From Pirellulales bacterium (GTDB lineage: Bacteria > Planctomycetota > Planctomycetia > Pirellulales > UBA1268), in contig JBILWX010000003.1 of assembly GCA_044369655.1 (NCBI GenBank), forward strand, positions 3,548-67,547: 64,000 bases of DNA. Direction: 5' to 3'. Each line of letters begins with the position of its first letter. Positions within the stretch are counted from its first letter, which is position 1. A program made the position numbers and the translations under genes. Positions 1-9,526 of this stretch are shown here, one piece after another. The notes beneath the pieces were generated by a model. It was given only the letters and a program-made list of their open reading frames with translations, had not been told where the DNA came from and ran no database searches.

Positions 1-139
1 GCTGGAAGAGATGACGGGCGGCAGAGGCGTGAGGTGCCAAGAAGCTGTTTTTCCATCCTGTGCGGCACGTGGCTTGCCATCCGTTCGCGCCGGTGTCCAC
101 AACCCGCAGGGAACCGGCTACCATGATGCTGCAATCGCC

Positions 140-817
140 ATGAGCACGACCACACGACCACCGCTCGATACCGTGGGCATCGTGCTGGCCGGAGGCGGCT
201 CGACGCGACTGACCGGGCTCGCCCAGATGCCGACCGGTGGCAAGTCGGGTCTCCTGTTTCAGGGCCGCACGTTCCTGGAGCACGTCGTCGCTGCGGTGGC
301 GGCCGAGGTGGGCCGCACGGTCGTCGTGGCCGCGCCCGGCCAGACGCTGCCGGCGCTCGACGGCATGACTGTCGTGCGCGATCTCGCGCCCGGCTCGGGC
401 CCGCTCGCCGGCATCCGCGACGGATGGCGGGCGGCACTTGCTGCCGATCACGGCGACACGCCACCGCCCCGCCTCGCCGTCGTCGCCTCGTGCGACCTGC
501 CGCTCTTGCGGCCGGAGGTCGTCCGGCTGCTCGTCGCCGTCGCGCGTGCGTCCCACGCGCTCTGGACTCTTCCCGTCGTGCATGGCCACCGGCAGGTGCT
601 CGCGTCGGTGATGCACGTCGAGTTGCTCGCGCAGATCGAAGCCTGGCTGGCCACCGGCCGCCGCGATCTCCGCGGACTCGTCGACAAGATCGCCCAGGAT
701 GATCCACGGCACATCCACGCGGTGACGGAGGCGGAGGCGGCGGCCGTCGATCCGACGCTCGAATCGTTCGTCGACATCGACACGCCTGACGACCTCGAGC
801 GGCTGCAATCGCGGTGA
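140..817 (+). CDS. mobA: molybdenum cofactor guanylyltransferase (MobA-like)
   Basis: ORF 11..817. It carries the nucleotide-binding motif GIVLAGGGSTRL and a GPLAGI motif typical of MobA. The conserved part begins just after the in-frame ATG at 140, so I prefer that start over the ATG at 11. Confidence 0.7.
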   Translation: MSTTTRPPLDTVGIVLAGGGSTRLTGLAQMPTGGKSGLLFQGRTFLEHVVAAVAAEVGRTVVVAAPGQTLPALDGMTVVRDLAPGSGPLAGIRDGWRAALAADHGDTPPPRLAVVASCDLPLLRPEVVRLLVAVARASHALWTLPVVHGHRQVLASVMHVELLAQIEAWLATGRRDLRGLVDKIAQDDPRHIHAVTEAEAAAVDPTLESFVDIDTPDDLERLQSR

Positions 818-863
818 TATTCGCCTTCGCGGGGGGAACGGAGGCTTCTATACTCCGGGCCTT

Positions 864-3800
864 ATGGCGAGGCGACGTTCACGATCCGACGACGATTGGG
901 AGCCGCAGGAGGCGTGGCAGCCGAGGCCGCGGCGGCGCCGAGCCGTCTTCTCGCTGGCGGCGCTCGTCGTGCTCGGGGCGCTCGTCTGGCTCGCGCCGGC
1001 GGTGGTCGTGCTCACCGATCTCCGCGACCGACCGCTCGAGGCGATCTTCTCAGGCATCGACGGCCGCGTGACGAGCCGCGCCGCCACCTGGCAGTGGCTG
1101 GGCAGCATCGAATACCGCGACGTCGTGCTGCGCGACCGCGAGGGCCGGCCGCTGGTGGCCGTGCCCCGTGTCGTGATCGATCGCGGCCTGGCGAGCCTGC
1201 TTGTCAATCCTGCCGACCTGGGTGCGGTACGACTGATCGGTGGCGAGGCGATCGTGGAGGTCCGCCGCGGTGGCAGCACGATCGAGGACGTGCTCGCCCC
1301 GTGGCTGGCGACGGTCGTGCAGACGACGGCCGTGCCCGTGTCGTTCGAACTGGAAGTGGTCGATGCCGCCGTCGAAGTGGTCGATCTCGACCGCAACGAT
1401 GCCTGGCGGATCACCGATCTGTTGGCGGCAGGAACCGTGCGGCCCGATGCGACCCTCGCCGGTTGGACGATCTCGGGCCGCACGCGGCATACCGGCACGC
1501 CGCTCCGCGATCTCGATGCCGCCGCCAACCGCATCGCCTCCGACCGGGTGCTGGATTCGGCCGGACCGGCTGCCGCCGGACCCGGTGCCCGGTTGCCGAC
1601 AGATGGTCCTGCGCTGGGCGATCCATCCGCCGGCACCGGCCGCGCTCCTTCCGCGGTCAGGCTCGACCGCACGACGGTCGCCGCCGGAGCCACGGCGATC
1701 CTCGCGCGCGACGGCGGCTGGTCGGTGTCGTCGCCCGAGAGCCAGTCGGCCGCGCAGCCGCGGACGCTGGCGGTGGCCGCCACGCGACTGCCGCTGGGCA
1801 TCTCGAGCGTGCTGGCCACCCGGTTCGACGCGGCGCACGTGCTCGACGGACTGGCCGACGTGCGGCTCGACATCACGCTGCCGGCGCCGCGCGGCCACGT
1901 CGATGGCGACGACGATGCTGCACCGCGGCCGGCTGCCAGGCGGCCGGCGGCGTCCGGTGTCCGCGTGGCCGGTGTCGTGTCCGGATCACAGCTGGCGATC
2001 TGTCGGGCCGACAGCGTGGCGGAACTCATCACGCTCGATCGCGGCGAGATGCCGATCGATTTGTCGATCGACGGCGACCGCATCACGGTACGATCCCTGA
2101 AGGTGGCGTCGGCACTCTTCAAGGCCGAGGCGTCGGGTCGGATTCGTCTGCCTGCCGGGGGCACCTGGGACTGGGCCGAGGCGCTCGTCGGAGAAAATTT
2201 TGCCCTCGCCGCCGACGTCGATCTCGCCGCCGCCGCCCGGGCCATGCCCGGTGGACTCGCCGTGCGGCCCGATGTGCGGGTGACGGGCGGCCAGCTGCAA
2301 CTGTCGGCCGTCTCGCGTGCCGACGGCAATGAACGCGTGCTCGAAGTGCGGGCCGGTTCGCGGGACCTCGCCGCCGTGCAGAGTGTCGTCGCCGGCGGAG
2401 CGGATCGGCAGCACGAGGAACGGATGCTCCGCTGGAACGAGCCCTTCACGGCTTGGCTGCGGGGCCGCCGTGGTGCGGCCCGTGGCGACCGCCTCCGCAT
2501 CGAGGAGGCGCGGATCTCGTCGCCGGCGGTGGAACTGTCGGCCTTCGGCACCGCCGAGTCGTCGACCGTGCAGTGGACCGCCGATCTCGACCGGCTCGTC
2601 GCCGAGGCCGGCGAAGTGCTCGCGTTCGAAGGGGTGAAGCTGGCGGGCACCGCCCGTGGCCGGCTCGACCTCCAGCGGGTGCCCGCCACGGCGGCCGCGA
2701 CCGCGCAGATGTCGGCCAGCCTGTCGAATTTCGAACTCGCCGTGCCGGGCCGTCCCCCGTGGCGGGATGCCGAATGTTCCATCCAGGCGGAGGGTTCGGG
2801 CGGCATGGCCGGAGGCGCCTTGCTCATCGATCAGGGGCATGCGGTGGTGACCGCGGCCGACGACTCCTTCGAGGTCACGCTCGCCGGGGGAGCGATTGTG
2901 AACCTCTGGCCGCTCTTCTCGGGCGCAGCGGGACGGGATGGGCCGTGGCTGCGGGCGGCACCCGGTTCGCAGGCGATCGCGGCCGACTGCTCGCTGACGG
3001 GAGACCTGTCCCGCTGGCAGCCGCGCTGGGAAGGCATGCTGCCGTCGACCGTGCTCGACGGCGTGGAACTGGGAGGTGCGGCGAAGGTGTCGGCAGCCCT
3101 GGCGGCGCAGGGTGACAGCTGGCAGATCACGCGGGCCGGTGGCGAGGTGGAAAAGCTGACGGTGCAATACGCCGGTCGGCAGATCACCGAACCACGCGCC
3201 GTGGCGAGCGCCGCGGGCCGATGGAATCCTGCCAGCGGGCAGATCGAGATCTCGTCGGCCGAACTCCTCACGGCGACCCTCTCGCTGCGGACCGGCGGTC
3301 TCGTCGTCGAGCCCGAGCGGCAGCCGGCCGGGGGCGGCGCGGACACGATCATCGACCGGCTTCGCGGCAAGCTGCAGTGGCAGGCGGACCTGTCGCGGCT
3401 GGAACGCTGGCTCGTGCCGACACCGGTCGCCGAACGCTGGCCCGTGAGCGGCCGCGGCTGGGGCACCGCCGAAATCCTCGACACGCCGATCGGCGTGAAC
3501 GTGCTGGTGGAGGCCACCGGCAGCCAGCTCACGCTCTCCGGCCCGCCGACGGAGGCCGTCGCGGCGGGCGTGCCCAAACCGCGGGAACCCGCCCCGGCGG
3601 TCCAGCTCTGGAGTGAACCACGGGCCACGCTCGTGATGGAGGTCACCTGCCCGCCGGGGCAGCGCGCCGAACGGCTGACGGTCAACCAACTCAAGCTCGA
3701 GTCGTCCACCGTGGCCGTCGCGGCCGCGGGCGGCATCGGCGAACTGTCGTCGCGGCGGGTGGTGGAACTGGGTGGCAACGTGGCCTACGACTGGGAGCAG

Positions 3801-4976
3801 GTGTCGCGACTCCTGTCGCCCTGGACCGGCGGGCGGCTGCGGCTGGCCGGCGCTGGCGCCCGGCCGTTTACGCTGCGGGGGCCGCTTGGGCAGCTCGTGG
3901 CCACCGGCGGCACGACCGTCGACGATGCCGGTCGGTCCCTGCCGCTCCCCGAGGACTGGCTCTCGTCCGCCCGCGGCACACATCCGGAAAAGCTGGCCCG
4001 CGTCGCGCTGCCGCTGACCGCGCCGGCCCGTTCCGGCACCGATCTCTCGGATCGGCTGCGGGCGGTCTCGATCGATACCTCGGCCGCATGGACCGCCGCC
4101 GACATCGCCGGCTTCCAGTTCGCGCCGGGCGAGATGCCGGTGCGGTTCTTCGAGGGACAACTGGCGCTTGGGCCCTTCGACCTCGCCGCCTCAGGCGGCC
4201 GGCTGCGCGGCGCGCCGTGGCTGCGGCTCCTGCCGGCACCGGGCGAATTGATCGTGCCGCCCGGCCGCTGTCTCGACCGCGTCGTGCTCACGCGGCAGCT
4301 CTGCGATCGCTGGGTGAAATGGCTCGTGCCCCTGATCGGCCAGTCGACCCAGACGCAGGGGCTTGTGAGCGTCGATCTGGCCGGCGCGCGGCTGCCGCTG
4401 TCGGATCTCTTCGGCGGCGAGGCATCGGGACAAGTGATCTTCGAGAATCTCGAGTCCACGCCGGGCGAGCAGGTGCGGCCGCTGATGAACCTGATCGTGA
4501 AGCTGCAGTCGGCGATCGATCCGCGGTTCGCGTTCGGCGACAAGGCGGTGCTGTTGCGGGTGCGGCCCGAGCCGGTCAGCGTGCGGCTGGCCGATCGCCG
4601 GCTTTGGCACGAGGGGCTCGTGATGGACGCCGGTCAGCTCGTGATCCGCTCCGGTGGCAGCGTGGGCGCCGATGGGACGCTCGCGATGGTGGTGGAGGTG
4701 GCCTTCCGTGGCGACATCGCCGGCGCCACGCCGGTGGTGGGACAGCTGTTGCGGACGCCGCTGGCGATTCCCCTCAAGGGCACCGTGCACCGGCCGCAGT
4801 TCGACGCGCGATCGATCGACGTCATCCTGGGACGGATCGTGGAAAACACCGCCGAGGCGGTGATCGGCCCGAGCCTGAGCCGGGGGCTCGAGACGCTCTT
4901 CGGCAACCCCCAGCCGCCGGAAGCTGCCCCGCCGGCGAGCCAGCCGCCGCTCGAATTTCCACAGCCGGCCAAATAG
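864..4976 (+). CDS. giant membrane-anchored AsmA/TamB-like protein
   Basis: 1370-aa ORF with ATG at 864. It has an Arg-rich N-terminus, one TM helix (AVFSLAALVVLGALVWLAPAVVVL), a long repeat-poor periplasmic region, and a C-terminal segment (..PLKGTVHRPQFD..) resembling AsmA/TamB/YhdP-type proteins. The call is based on architecture only. Confidence 0.55.
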   Translation: MARRRSRSDDDWEPQEAWQPRPRRRRAVFSLAALVVLGALVWLAPAVVVLTDLRDRPLEAIFSGIDGRVTSRAATWQWLGSIEYRDVVLRDREGRPLVAVPRVVIDRGLASLLVNPADLGAVRLIGGEAIVEVRRGGSTIEDVLAPWLATVVQTTAVPVSFELEVVDAAVEVVDLDRNDAWRITDLLAAGTVRPDATLAGWTISGRTRHTGTPLRDLDAAANRIASDRVLDSAGPAAAGPGARLPTDGPALGDPSAGTGRAPSAVRLDRTTVAAGATAILARDGGWSVSSPESQSAAQPRTLAVAATRLPLGISSVLATRFDAAHVLDGLADVRLDITLPAPRGHVDGDDDAAPRPAARRPAASGVRVAGVVSGSQLAICRADSVAELITLDRGEMPIDLSIDGDRITVRSLKVASALFKAEASGRIRLPAGGTWDWAEALVGENFALAADVDLAAAARAMPGGLAVRPDVRVTGGQLQLSAVSRADGNERVLEVRAGSRDLAAVQSVVAGGADRQHEERMLRWNEPFTAWLRGRRGAARGDRLRIEEARISSPAVELSAFGTAESSTVQWTADLDRLVAEAGEVLAFEGVKLAGTARGRLDLQRVPATAAATAQMSASLSNFELAVPGRPPWRDAECSIQAEGSGGMAGGALLIDQGHAVVTAADDSFEVTLAGGAIVNLWPLFSGAAGRDGPWLRAAPGSQAIAADCSLTGDLSRWQPRWEGMLPSTVLDGVELGGAAKVSAALAAQGDSWQITRAGGEVEKLTVQYAGRQITEPRAVASAAGRWNPASGQIEISSAELLTATLSLRTGGLVVEPERQPAGGGADTIIDRLRGKLQWQADLSRLERWLVPTPVAERWPVSGRGWGTAEILDTPIGVNVLVEATGSQLTLSGPPTEAVAAGVPKPREPAPAVQLWSEPRATLVMEVTCPPGQRAERLTVNQLKLESSTVAVAAAGGIGELSSRRVVELGGNVAYDWEQVSRLLSPWTGGRLRLAGAGARPFTLRGPLGQLVATGGTTVDDAGRSLPLPEDWLSSARGTHPEKLARVALPLTAPARSGTDLSDRLRAVSIDTSAAWTAADIAGFQFAPGEMPVRFFEGQLALGPFDLAASGGRLRGAPWLRLLPAPGELIVPPGRCLDRVVLTRQLCDRWVKWLVPLIGQSTQTQGLVSVDLAGARLPLSDLFGGEASGQVIFENLESTPGEQVRPLMNLIVKLQSAIDPRFAFGDKAVLLRVRPEPVSVRLADRRLWHEGLVMDAGQLVIRSGGSVGADGTLAMVVEVAFRGDIAGATPVVGQLLRTPLAIPLKGTVHRPQFDARSIDVILGRIVENTAEAVIGPSLSRGLETLFGNPQPPEAAPPASQPPLEFPQPAK

Positions 4977-4998
4977 GTGACGCGGCGCCGGGCGTCGT

Positions 4999-6303
4999 TC
5001 AGGCCGCCGGCGTGCCGAGACGCTTGACGATGACCGCCGTGAGATCGTCCCCCTGCGGGGTGCCGGCGGAAAACTCGACCACCGCGCGGGTGAGCACGCC
5101 GATGAGCTCCTCCGCGGGCCGTTGATGATGCCTGCAGATGAGATCCCGAACCCGCTCCATGCCGAACTGCTCGCCGTCGGCTCGGGACCACTCGAAGAAG
5201 CCGTCGGTCAACAGTACGAGCAGATCACCCGGGGCGAAGGGCACCGTGGCCGGCGGATCATAGGGGGCCTCCGGCAGGATCCCCAACGGCAGGCCCTGTG
5301 TCTCCAGTTCGGCGACCGTGCCCGTCGCCGCCGAGTAAACGAGCAGCGGTCCCTGGCCGGTGCTGACATACCGGAGGGCATGCTCCGCGGGAGAAAGAAT
5401 GCCGAATAAGGCCGTGACGAACTTGCCCTCGGGCAGATCCTGACAGAGCAACTGGTGGACGCTGTCGACGGTCTGCCCGAGGTCGGCCGACCGCATCACC
5501 AGGGCGCGAAAGAGAGCCCGCACCTCGGCGACGACCAGCGCCGGGCCGATGCCGTGGCCGGTGACGTCGGCGATGGTGATCGCCAGCCCGCCGTCGGCGA
5601 GCGGCAGGAAATCGTAGAAGTCGCCGCCGGTCTCGTCGGCCGGGCGATTCCAGCCGGCGATGTCGAAGCCGGCCACCGTCGGCCGTTGCTTTGGCAGGAG
5701 GCCCTGCTGAATGTCGCGGGCGATGTTGAGATCACGTTGGATGCGCTGCTTTTCGGCAAAGTGCCCAAGCAGCATCTGCCGCTGGACCGCCACGCCGGCC
5801 TGGCTGCCGAGAAACATCGCCATCTGTTCGTCGCGGTCGCCGAAGGAGCCGATCCGCTTGTTGAGCACCTGCAGCACGCCCACGATCGTGCCGTCGTGGT
5901 CCGACAGCGGGACGGTGAGCAGGTTGCGGGTGCGGAAGCCGCTGCGGCGGTCGAACTCGGGATTGAAACGCGGATCGGCGTAGGCGTCGGGGAGATTCAC
6001 GACAGAGCCGCTGCGGGCCACCTCTCCGGCGATCCCGCGCGTGACCGGAAAGCGGATCTCGGAGATCGGCGAATCGGCGATCCCCGTCGCCAGCCGGCTG
6101 AAGAGTTCTTCGGCCGCGCGGTCGTACAAAAACACCGTCGCCCGTTCGCAGTCGAGCACCGAGGTGGCGGCTGCGGCGATCCCTTCCAGCAGCAGATCGA
6201 GGTCGACGGTGGCGCCCAGGCGGCGGGCGACCTCGAGCAGCTGTTCGAGGTCGGCGATCCGCCCGCGATCGTCATGCGGGCTGGCGGCTGAAGCGGTGCT
6301 CAT
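4999..6303 (-). CDS. GAF domain-containing PP2C/SpoIIE-family serine phosphatase
   Basis: The ORF extends to 6990, but the conserved sequence starts at ATG 6303 (MSTASAAS..). The N-terminal half is GAF-like. PPM/SpoIIE motifs are GGDFYDF, DVTGHG and QGDDLTAV. The start overlaps the upstream stop (ATGA at 6300..6303). Confidence 0.85.
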   Translation of the reverse strand: MSTASAASPHDDRGRIADLEQLLEVARRLGATVDLDLLLEGIAAAATSVLDCERATVFLYDRAAEELFSRLATGIADSPISEIRFPVTRGIAGEVARSGSVVNLPDAYADPRFNPEFDRRSGFRTRNLLTVPLSDHDGTIVGVLQVLNKRIGSFGDRDEQMAMFLGSQAGVAVQRQMLLGHFAEKQRIQRDLNIARDIQQGLLPKQRPTVAGFDIAGWNRPADETGGDFYDFLPLADGGLAITIADVTGHGIGPALVVAEVRALFRALVMRSADLGQTVDSVHQLLCQDLPEGKFVTALFGILSPAEHALRYVSTGQGPLLVYSAATGTVAELETQGLPLGILPEAPYDPPATVPFAPGDLLVLLTDGFFEWSRADGEQFGMERVRDLICRHHQRPAEELIGVLTRAVVEFSAGTPQGDDLTAVIVKRLGTPAA

Positions 6304-7694
6304 GATGATCGTTCCAGGGGAGGCAAGTGCCGAAACAAGGTCTGCGAGGTGTGCGCCGTGTCGGCCGTCGCGGCGGCAGCGCGGAGCCTGCGGTCCATGC
6401 CCGCGATCAGCCGCTCGAGCCTGCGAGCATACGAAAAATGCTCCACTTCGAGCCGGTGCCGGGGGGAGTCGACATAGCGAATCGCCGTGGACGGCAGCGG
6501 ACTGTGCCGCGCCCGATAGAGCCAGGCGGTCGCCCGCGGCGCAGCGCAAGCCGCCACCGCCATCCGTGCCACGAGGCGTGCCTGCAGATCGGTGAGCCCC
6601 CATTGGCCGCTGTCGGGCTGGATCAGCCCCACCACGGCGATGTCGTCGCGGGTGGGATGGAGCAAGTTCAGGAACAGCCGCGGCACGCCCTCGGCATCGG
6701 CGCCCAGGTGGGCCGGGTCGATGAACGGCAGCGAGACACGGTAGCCGGTCGCACAGATCACGACGTCGAACACCTCGCGGCTGCCGTCGGTGAAGACGAC
6801 CGTGTCTCCCTCGAAGCGGGCGACGTCGCCCGCCGGCCGGACCCGCCCGGCGTCGATCCGGCGGCAGAGGTCGGCGTTGATGATCGGATGGGTCTCCCAG
6901 AGCCGGTGGTCGGGCCGGGGCAGGCCATGTCGCCAGGGCAGGCCGATCGCGCGGTCGATCGCCCGCAGGCTCACGAGTCTTCGCAGCCATACCGGCAGCC
7001 CCAGCTTCAAGAGGCGTTCACCGCGCAGGTCGGCCGGCCGGCCGAGGATGAACCGCGGCACGAGGTAATACCCGCGGCGGAGCGAGAGCACCGTGCTGGC
7101 CGCGTGCGCTGCGGAGTCGACCGCGATGTCGCAGGCCGAGTTGCCGCCGCCGATCACCAGCACCCGCTTGCCGGCGATCGCCACCGGCTGTGTGGGCGAC
7201 TTGTACTGGCAGGCATGCAACAGCGTGCCGGAGAAGCTGCCGGGGATCTCCGGAAAGCGGGGGTCGCGATTGTGCCCCGTGGCGATCACGACGCCGGCGT
7301 AGTGTCTGGTGGGCCGGCCCGTCGCGCTCACCGTCCAGCCGCCGCCGGGGTGCGGCTCCATCCGCTCGACGGCCGCGTGGGTGCGGATGTGCGGCACGAG
7401 CTCGAAGTGTCGCGCGTAGCGGCGGAGGTAGTCGAGACACTGCGTGTGGTGGGGGTAGGCCGGCCACTCCGGCGGCATCGGGAAATCAGTGTAGGCAGTG
7501 AGCGACTTCGAGCTGATGAGCCGGGTCGATGCAAAGACGCTCGACGCGGCCGAGCCGTAATACCAGTTGCCGCCGACGTCGTCTTCGCGTTCGAGACACT
7601 CGGCGGGAACACCGGCGGCCAGCAGGTTTTTCAGCGCCGTAAGGCCCGACGGCCCGGCGCCGATGACGCACCACGTGTCTGGTTGTGGTCGCAT
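6300..7694 (-). CDS. flavin-containing monooxygenase (class B FMO-like, FAD/NADPH dependent)
   Basis: FAD fingerprint GAGPSGL, FMO motif FSGTLLHACQY (FxGxxxHxxxY) and NADPH fingerprint GGGNSACD. ATG at 7694 (MRPQPDTW), 8 nt after the bioF stop. The 854-aa track ORF is an upstream read-through. Confidence 0.85.
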   Translation of the reverse strand: MRPQPDTWCVIGAGPSGLTALKNLLAAGVPAECLEREDDVGGNWYYGSAASSVFASTRLISSKSLTAYTDFPMPPEWPAYPHHTQCLDYLRRYARHFELVPHIRTHAAVERMEPHPGGGWTVSATGRPTRHYAGVVIATGHNRDPRFPEIPGSFSGTLLHACQYKSPTQPVAIAGKRVLVIGGGNSACDIAVDSAAHAASTVLSLRRGYYLVPRFILGRPADLRGERLLKLGLPVWLRRLVSLRAIDRAIGLPWRHGLPRPDHRLWETHPIINADLCRRIDAGRVRPAGDVARFEGDTVVFTDGSREVFDVVICATGYRVSLPFIDPAHLGADAEGVPRLFLNLLHPTRDDIAVVGLIQPDSGQWGLTDLQARLVARMAVAACAAPRATAWLYRARHSPLPSTAIRYVDSPRHRLEVEHFSYARRLERLIAGMDRRLRAAAATADTAHTSQTLFRHLPPLERSS

Positions 7695-7702
7695 GGGAGC
7701 GT

Positions 7703-8941
7703 TCAGGAACCGGCGGGGTCGTGGAGCACGGAGGCGATGGTGCCGGCGAGCCGGGCGAGGTCGTCGGCCGTATGGTGCCAGGAAAGACTCACCCGCACGA
7801 GGCTCCTCCCCTCGGGCACGCTCGGCGGCCGGATCGCAGGCACGAACAGGCCGGCCTCGGCCAGCCGCGTGGAAACCGCGACTGCATCTGCCGCTGCGCC
7901 GACCACGATCGGCACGATCTGGGTCGTGTCGCCGGCGGTGTCGACGCCTGCTTGGAGCAGCGCCTGCCGGAAGCCGGCCGCCCGCATCAGCAATTCCCGG
8001 CGGCGGTGCGGCTCCTCGTCCAGCAGCGCGATGGCGCGGGTCGCCGCGGCGGCCACCGCGGGCGGATGGGCCGTCGAGAAAATCCAGGCCCGGGCCTTGT
8101 GCCTGAGCCAGTGGATCATCGCGGCATGGCCGGCGACAAACCCTCCTGCCGCCGCCAGGGCCTTCGAGAGAGTGCCGACCCGGATGTGCACGCCGTCGGC
8201 GCAGCCCGATTCCTCGACCAGTCCGCTGCCGCGGAGTCCGAACACGCCCGTGGCATGCGCCTCGTCCACCATGAGGATGGCCCCGTGCTTCCGGGCCAGC
8301 GCACAGAGGTCGGCGAGCGGCGCGACCGTGCCGTCCATCGAAAAGACCGTGTCGGTGACGATCAGCCGGCGGCGGGCGGGCGCAGCCTCGGCCAGCAGGA
8401 GGTCGAGCGCGGCCATGTCGCGGTGCGGATAGATGCCGACTCGTCCGCGGGAGAGTCGGCAGCCGTCGATGATGCTCGCGTGGTTGCGGGCGTCGCTGAC
8501 GATCACATCGTCGGGACCGGCCAGCGCCGCGATGGTGGCGGTGTTGGCGGCGAAACCGCTGGGGAACGTGAGCGCCGCTTCCACCGCGAGCAGGTCCGCG
8601 ACCGCCCGTTCCAGGAGGTCGTGGGCCTGGGAGTGGCCGCTCACCAGCGGGCTGGCCCCGGCCCCGAACCCCTCGGCGCAGGCCGCCTTCGACGCGGCCT
8701 TCGTGAGGCGGACATCGCCGGCGTAGCCGAGGTAATCGTTCGAGCCGAAGTTGAGGAGCGTTTGCCCGTCGAGGATGACCTCCCGCCCCTGCCTGCCCGA
8801 CCGCACGCGGTGGGGACGTTCGAGCCCCAGGCCACGGAGGTCCGCGAGGTCGTCCGCGATCCATTCGAGCGGCTCGGGCAACGGCGCAGCGTCACGGGGC
8901 GGCTGGGCGAGAGGCGCGGCGGCATCGAGGCGGCAGGGCAT
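7703..8941 (-). CDS. bioF: 8-amino-7-oxononanoate synthase (alpha-oxoamine synthase family)
   Basis: Motifs GSNDYLG, SGHS, DEAH and TLSKA (PLP lysine). ATG at 8941. No other bio genes are adjacent. Confidence 0.8.
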   Translation of the reverse strand: MPCRLDAAAPLAQPPRDAAPLPEPLEWIADDLADLRGLGLERPHRVRSGRQGREVILDGQTLLNFGSNDYLGYAGDVRLTKAASKAACAEGFGAGASPLVSGHSQAHDLLERAVADLLAVEAALTFPSGFAANTATIAALAGPDDVIVSDARNHASIIDGCRLSRGRVGIYPHRDMAALDLLLAEAAPARRRLIVTDTVFSMDGTVAPLADLCALARKHGAILMVDEAHATGVFGLRGSGLVEESGCADGVHIRVGTLSKALAAAGGFVAGHAAMIHWLRHKARAWIFSTAHPPAVAAAATRAIALLDEEPHRRRELLMRAAGFRQALLQAGVDTAGDTTQIVPIVVGAAADAVAVSTRLAEAGLFVPAIRPPSVPEGRSLVRVSLSWHHTADDLARLAGTIASVLHDPAGS

Positions 8942-8963
8942 GTGGCAATAGTATGCCGTCGGG

Positions 8964-9467
8964 TCAGGCCGGCCGATGGCCCGATTTTTCGCCAGGTCTT
9001 CCGGCGATTTTCTCGCCGAGTTTTTGGATGGTGCGAAACTCCGTCGCCGTGACGGGCGTCACGGAGAGCCGGCTGCCGCGCCGCAGCAGTTCCATGCCTG
9101 CCAGCGCCTTGACGGCCCGCAGTTCATCGAGCGGAATCTCCCGCGGAAAGATCGCCACGAGCTTCACGTCGACCATCGACCAGATCGGATTCTCGGGCGA
9201 TGCCTTGGGGTCGTGGTAGTCGCTCTGGGGATCCCAGGCCGTCGGATCGGGGTACGCGGTGCGGACGATCTCGACGACGCCGGCCACGGCCGACGGGGTG
9301 GCGTTGGAGTGGTAGAAGAGCGCCCGGTCGCCCACCTGCATCGACCGCAGGAAGTTTCGGGCCTGGTAGTTGCGGACGCCCTCCCAGTGGGTCGTCCGCC
9401 GTTTCGCCTGGGCGAGATCCCGGATGGAAAAGACGTCGGGTTCGCTCTTGATGAGCCAGTGGTTCAT
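8964..9467 (-). CDS. EVE domain protein (PUA-like, THYN1 family)
   Basis: MNHWLIKSEPDVFSI..WEGVRNYQARNFLR..GDRALFYHS.. is the typical stand-alone EVE pattern. ATG at 9467. Confidence 0.85.
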   Translation of the reverse strand: MNHWLIKSEPDVFSIRDLAQAKRRTTHWEGVRNYQARNFLRSMQVGDRALFYHSNATPSAVAGVVEIVRTAYPDPTAWDPQSDYHDPKASPENPIWSMVDVKLVAIFPREIPLDELRAVKALAGMELLRRGSRLSVTPVTATEFRTIQKLGEKIAGRPGEKSGHRPA

Positions 9468-9526
9468 GGTGCGGACGGATATGATGACGGGGGCGTTTCA
9501 CGGACGATGGTACTGGACGAGCCACC

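Noticed and set aside
848-4160. Long antisense ORFs (848..2827, 659 aa; 1986..4160, 724 aa) opposite the AsmA-like gene
   Set aside because: Their composition is Arg/Ser/Pro/Ala-rich and low complexity, which is typical of shadow ORFs in high-GC DNA. They have no motifs, and the sense strand has a coherent TM plus periplasmic architecture.
7695-8864. Upstream extension of the FMO ORF (854-aa track ORF) overlapping bioF in another frame
   Set aside because: The extension has no homology and biased composition. The FAD fingerprint lies right after ATG 7694, and bioF occupies this DNA convincingly.
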